Assembly (NCBI RefSeq): GCF_025526975.1
Contig: NW_026515693.1
Coordinates: 62,001-126,000, forward strand
Source: Fimicolochytrium jonesii
Lineage: Eukaryota
Direction of reading: 5' to 3'
Length of the DNA: 64,000 bases
Shown here: one piece after another, positions 60,005 to 64,000 of the stretch
Position numbering within the stretch: the stretch's first letter is position 1
Layout of the letters: each line of letters begins with the position of its first letter
The notes under the pieces: generated by a model
Told to the model about the DNA's origin: nothing
Database searches by the model: none
Seen by the model: the letters and a program-made list of their open reading frames with translations, nothing else
Made by a program: the position numbers and the translations under genes

Positions 60005-62740
60005 ATGACGAATCCCGCGACCTGCAGAGACGCCTCTCGATTACTAGACGAGGCCATCGCTACGCTGAAACGTGCTCGTGTGGATGCAACCGCCTCCCAC
60101 GCAACTGCCCGCCATCGGTTTCTGGATGACGCGGAGAAGGTGGCTCTTCGCAACGAGCTGCTGGCATGGTACGACGCCGAGCAGCGCATCATGCCTTGGC
60201 GCCTTCCATCGGGAGCAAACATGTCTGTCCGTACGTCTCAATTCGTCTCAGAGAGAGAGAATGTATGATGCCAACAGCGGACGTTCTTAGGGACTTGGCG
60301 AGAAAGTACAAGTACCGCAGAAACAGGATTTGGCGCAGCGTGCCTACGAAGGTAGGTTTGAACACGTACCTGCCAGCGCGAGCAATTAACGGAGTTGCAA
60401 AACTAGTTTGGGTGTCTGAGATTATGTTGCAACAAACCCAAGTGGCAACCGTGATCCCGTTCTACAAGAGGTGTGGTTGGTGATTTTTCGGCCTTTATCC
60501 GGCAGAACAGCGGGCCCTAACTCCATCGCGAACGTAGATGGATGGCACAGTGGCCTACGATATTCATGTTGGCTGAAGCCGATGGAGAGGTCAGCTGGAG
60601 CAGAATCTCGGGGAAGAAATGCTCAGACTATCCACTTATTTGATGTTCAGGACGTGCACAATGCATGGGCCGGACTAGGTTACTATTCACGAGCTCGCCG
60701 GCTTCATGAAGGAGCGCAGCTGGTCGTGAAGAAGTTCAACGGACGATTACCTTCCGACCCGACCGCAATGGAGAAGGAGGTCCCCGGGATAGGCCCTTAC
60801 ACGGCAGGCGCCGTGGCATCGATTGCCTACAATGTTTCTGCGCCTCTGGTGGATGGGAATGTTGTGCGCGTGCTATGTGAGCATCCGGAATCGGTACAGC
60901 CATTGCCTACCGCGTGCCGTGGCGATAGTCATTGATTTGCTTCCTCCTGTAGCCCGTTTGCGGGCGCTTGCCGCGGATCCCAAATTGAAGGAATCGATAA
61001 CTACGCATTGGTATGTTGGGTTGGTTCTATGGAATTTGATGTCTTCCCAAGCTGAAATTTGTAGCAGGTCACTAGCAAAAAACGTACTAGATGTGGACCG
61101 GCCAGGACATTTCAATCAAGCGTTGATGGATCTGGGCGCAACCATATGCACGCCACAGAACCCTGAATGTGGACGATGCCCGATCAAAGCATTCTGTCAT
61201 GCGCATGCAGAGGTAGGGAGGATCGTGAACAACTCCCAGAAATTCCGCTCACTGGCTGGGTTCGCGACGTCCACCCTTTCCCAGACGAAAGCGATCAAGA
61301 TTTTGGCACAGGAGAAGTTCGGCAAGGCGAAGGGACAAGATCCGCCAACCGTGGAGATGGAAGGTCTGTGGCTGAGAGCTCGTGCATCACTTTCAGCGGA
61401 GACTGAGTTGTCGTCAACTGCTGATATTGTGGAACGAAAGACATTTGTCATGCATGCCCACCGCTGACCGATATCGAGGATGCAGGGGTGACCCGGTACC
61501 CCGCAAAAGCTGTAAAGAAGGCCGCACGGATCGAAGGTACACATGCCTCGTTTGCTCTATCCCGAGCGAAGAACTGAAATGAAACCTTCCTAGCATGTGC
61601 CGTTTGTATCCTTGAACACGTTCCGGAACAGGGGCCGTCTCGGTATTTGTTGATGCGGGGGCCAAAGAAAGGTAGGCGCCAGATCGTGTCACTCAACCTT
61701 ACTCGTGGTGTATAACGATCTTGATACAGGCCTTCTTGCGAACCTTTGGGACTTTCCGATGGTGATCCTTGAAAGCCCCGACGTGGAAGAATCGCAAGTG
61801 TCACCAAGTTTCCAGATTCGTCAAGCGTCAATCGATGATTGGCTGCTTAGCAATGCAGGGCTCGACCTGTTGCCCGGTGACGGACTCAAAAGCGAAGAAA
61901 AGGATGACCTTGAGGGGTCCACCCGCATTCAGTCGCGGAAGGATCTTGGGTCTGCGGTTCATTTGTTTTCACATATCCGACGAAGCATGCATGTCGAGCA
62001 TATTGTCGTCACGGGGCCGCTACCCGCAGTATCGACAGCGCTGCCCCCGGTTGTAGGAGGAGCGAAACGGAAGAGCACAGCAGGAAAGAAGGCGGCTGCG
62101 GTCAAGGGGAAGAAGTTGAAAGGGAAAGATGTGGGGAAAGGGAAGAAGAAGACAGTAGTTGATGACAATGACGAGTTTGCTGCGGATCTGCCCGATGCGG
62201 GTGAGGACGAGCCGCGAGAGTTGCGCTGGGTTACTAAGGAGGAGATGCTGGGGACGCAAGGCACGCGCACCGCGAAGAATGCCGCTACGGTTCCTGTTCC
62301 AGCAACTTTGAAACGCGCGTTTGGTCTGCTGAGTGCGGAAGGATCAGGCGCCGTCCCAAAAACACGCAAGCGGGCGGCCGCTGACCCTGGCGCTGCGAAA
62401 GTGTCGGGATCCGCTGGTGGAGGGCGTGCAGCGAAGAAGATCAAGCGGCGGCGGCCTGGGGATGAGTCTGAAACGGAAGAGAGCAGTGCGAGTGATACTG
62501 GCGAGGACGATAGTAGGGAGGAAGTTGAAGAGGTAAACAGCCTTCCACAACTGCTACCCAAATGCTCACTGCTCATCCCATCCACAGAAGGCCTTGCCAC
62601 CCGCAAGGGAAGGAATCCGCCGCAGTACTCGCATCTCGACTTCCAAGGTATCTGTGTCTACGACAACGACGCCATCGTCTGGCAGACAGAAGCAGATGCA
62701 GCAGACGTCAGTCGCGTCGTATTTCACCCGGACGGCGTAA
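60005..62740 (+). CDS. MUTYH: A/G-specific adenine DNA glycosylase (MutY/Myh1), multi-exon
   Basis: LLAWYD..R.MPWR, AYE/VWVSEIMLQQTQV, WAGLGYYSRARRL, HhH VPGIGPYTAGAVASIA, VDGNVVRV, Fe-S CTPQNPECGRCPIKAFC, NUDIX-like GLLANLWDFP, C-terminal PIP box. Start codon and some junctions are approximate. Confidence 0.95.
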
Positions 62741-62987
62741 CAATGAGTGTAGCCAAGAGTCGATATGAATTTAATGTTTGCTATGTAAGCAAACTGCAGT
62801 GGACCTGTCAGTCGCTCCCAAGGCGAGCGGCAGGCATCACGCGTCAGGACATATTATAATCGATCCTGTTGTGGAGACGATGGTATTACAAGTTTGAATT
62901 ATAGCTTCCCCTCGCGGTGGATGCCGTGCGGTGAAAGCCCCGTGTGTAATCTAGAATCTACTCCTATATAGACAGACTTCTGGCAAG

Positions 62988-64000
62988 CTAAAGGTCTGCA
63001 GCAAGCCTTGCGATCTCGCCCTCCTCGTCAGTCGCTACCACTATCGCTCTCAACCTACTGCCTTCCTCGCCTATTTCAACCACCTTGTCCTGATCAACGA
63101 CACACTTCTCATTCTGCGCCTCGTCAATCCGCAAGCCTAGACACTCGAGCCCATGGCATATCTGTGAGCGTACGTACGCGCTCTTTTCCCCAATTCCGCC
63201 CGTGAATACGAGGCTGTCAGCGCCGCCGCACGCGACGAAGTATGCTCCGATGTACTTTTGCACGCGATACTAGAGAGTAGGGGGAGATGATTTTAACCAG
63301 GAGTGCCATCGAAACAGATGATGAAAGACTGATTACTTACGCAAAACATATCCACGGCAAGTTGTGCCCTCCGCTTCGCTTCTTCATCACCATCATCCTT
63401 CGAAAGCACCTTCCCTTGAGCCAGACTCACGATCTTGCCCATGTCACTCTCCCCACATATCCCAATCAAACCCGATTTGTGATTTAAAACGTCCTCCACT
63501 TTCGTGATCTTGGGTCCGTCTGGCGCAGCCGGGACAGCAGGTGTTTTCTCCGTGACGGAGAACGCGTCAGAGGAGACATGGTATGGCGCGCTGGGGTCAA
63601 TGTCGCCGCTTCGTGTACCCATCATTAGCCCTTCCAATGGCGTGAAGCCCATGGAGGTGTCGATGCTCTTGCCGTGTTTGATGGCGCATGCGCTAGCGCC
63701 GTTGCCGAGATGTAGGATGATGAGCTTCAGTTGCTCGAGTGGCTTGCCAAGATGTTTGGCTGCGGCGCGGGAGACGTAGGAGTAGGATATGCCGTGGAAC
63801 CCGTATTTCCGCAGACCACTCTCGTTGCATGCATCATACGGCAGCGGGTACCTCCACACCTTCTCCTCCAACGTTTTGTGGAACTGTGTATCAAAAACCG
63901 CCACCTGCTTCGCGGCTTTCAGATCCGCCACATTCAGGGCGGTCCTGATAAGCATTACACTAGGATGATTGTGGAGCGGCGCAAGATCCGAAAGCTCATC
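62988..64000 (-). CDS. ackA: Acetate kinase, 3' part (5' end outside the window)
   Basis: LAPLHN, AVFDTQFH, RKYGFHGISY, HLGNGAS, TSMGFTPLEGLMMGTRSGDIDP, VFTGGIGE, TDEE; intron 63340..63270. Confidence 0.97.

Noticed and set aside
62988..64000. Acetate kinase as a recent bacterial transfer or contamination
   Set aside because: It has a spliceosomal intron, and acetate kinase is well known in fungi.

Overview
Eukaryotic genomic DNA, almost certainly fungal (short GT-AG introns with CTRAY branch points, ADE13, RPS0, acetate kinase); an early-diverging lineage such as a chytrid is my inference, not something the sequence proves. The window has two sharply separated domains. Positions 1-~45.4 kb are a nested LTR-retrotransposon cluster: at least five Ty3/Gypsy lineages (several chromoviruses) and two Ty1/Copia families, mostly decayed with a CpG-deamination signature. 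One young, nearly intact chromovirus (38545-44422) has LTRs about 99% identical by eye, a CGAAG TSD, a Tf1-type self-priming site and a -1 frameshift signal with a predicted pseudoknot. Positions ~47.5-64 kb are compact housekeeping genes: ADE13, RPS0, a TPR-like protein, PAC3, a PHD-finger protein, MUTYH/Myh1 and acetate kinase. The most striking observation is an intact antisense accessory gene inside a Copia element (16523-17176, minus) whose basic N-terminus carries a histone H3 K4-K9 tail mimic (KQTARKTG), a candidate anti-silencing factor. Second is a spliced 84-aa gene absent from the ORF track (49407-49858) that appears to encode a stand-alone kexin/furin-type propeptide. All protein assignments come from motif recognition by eye; no searches were run.
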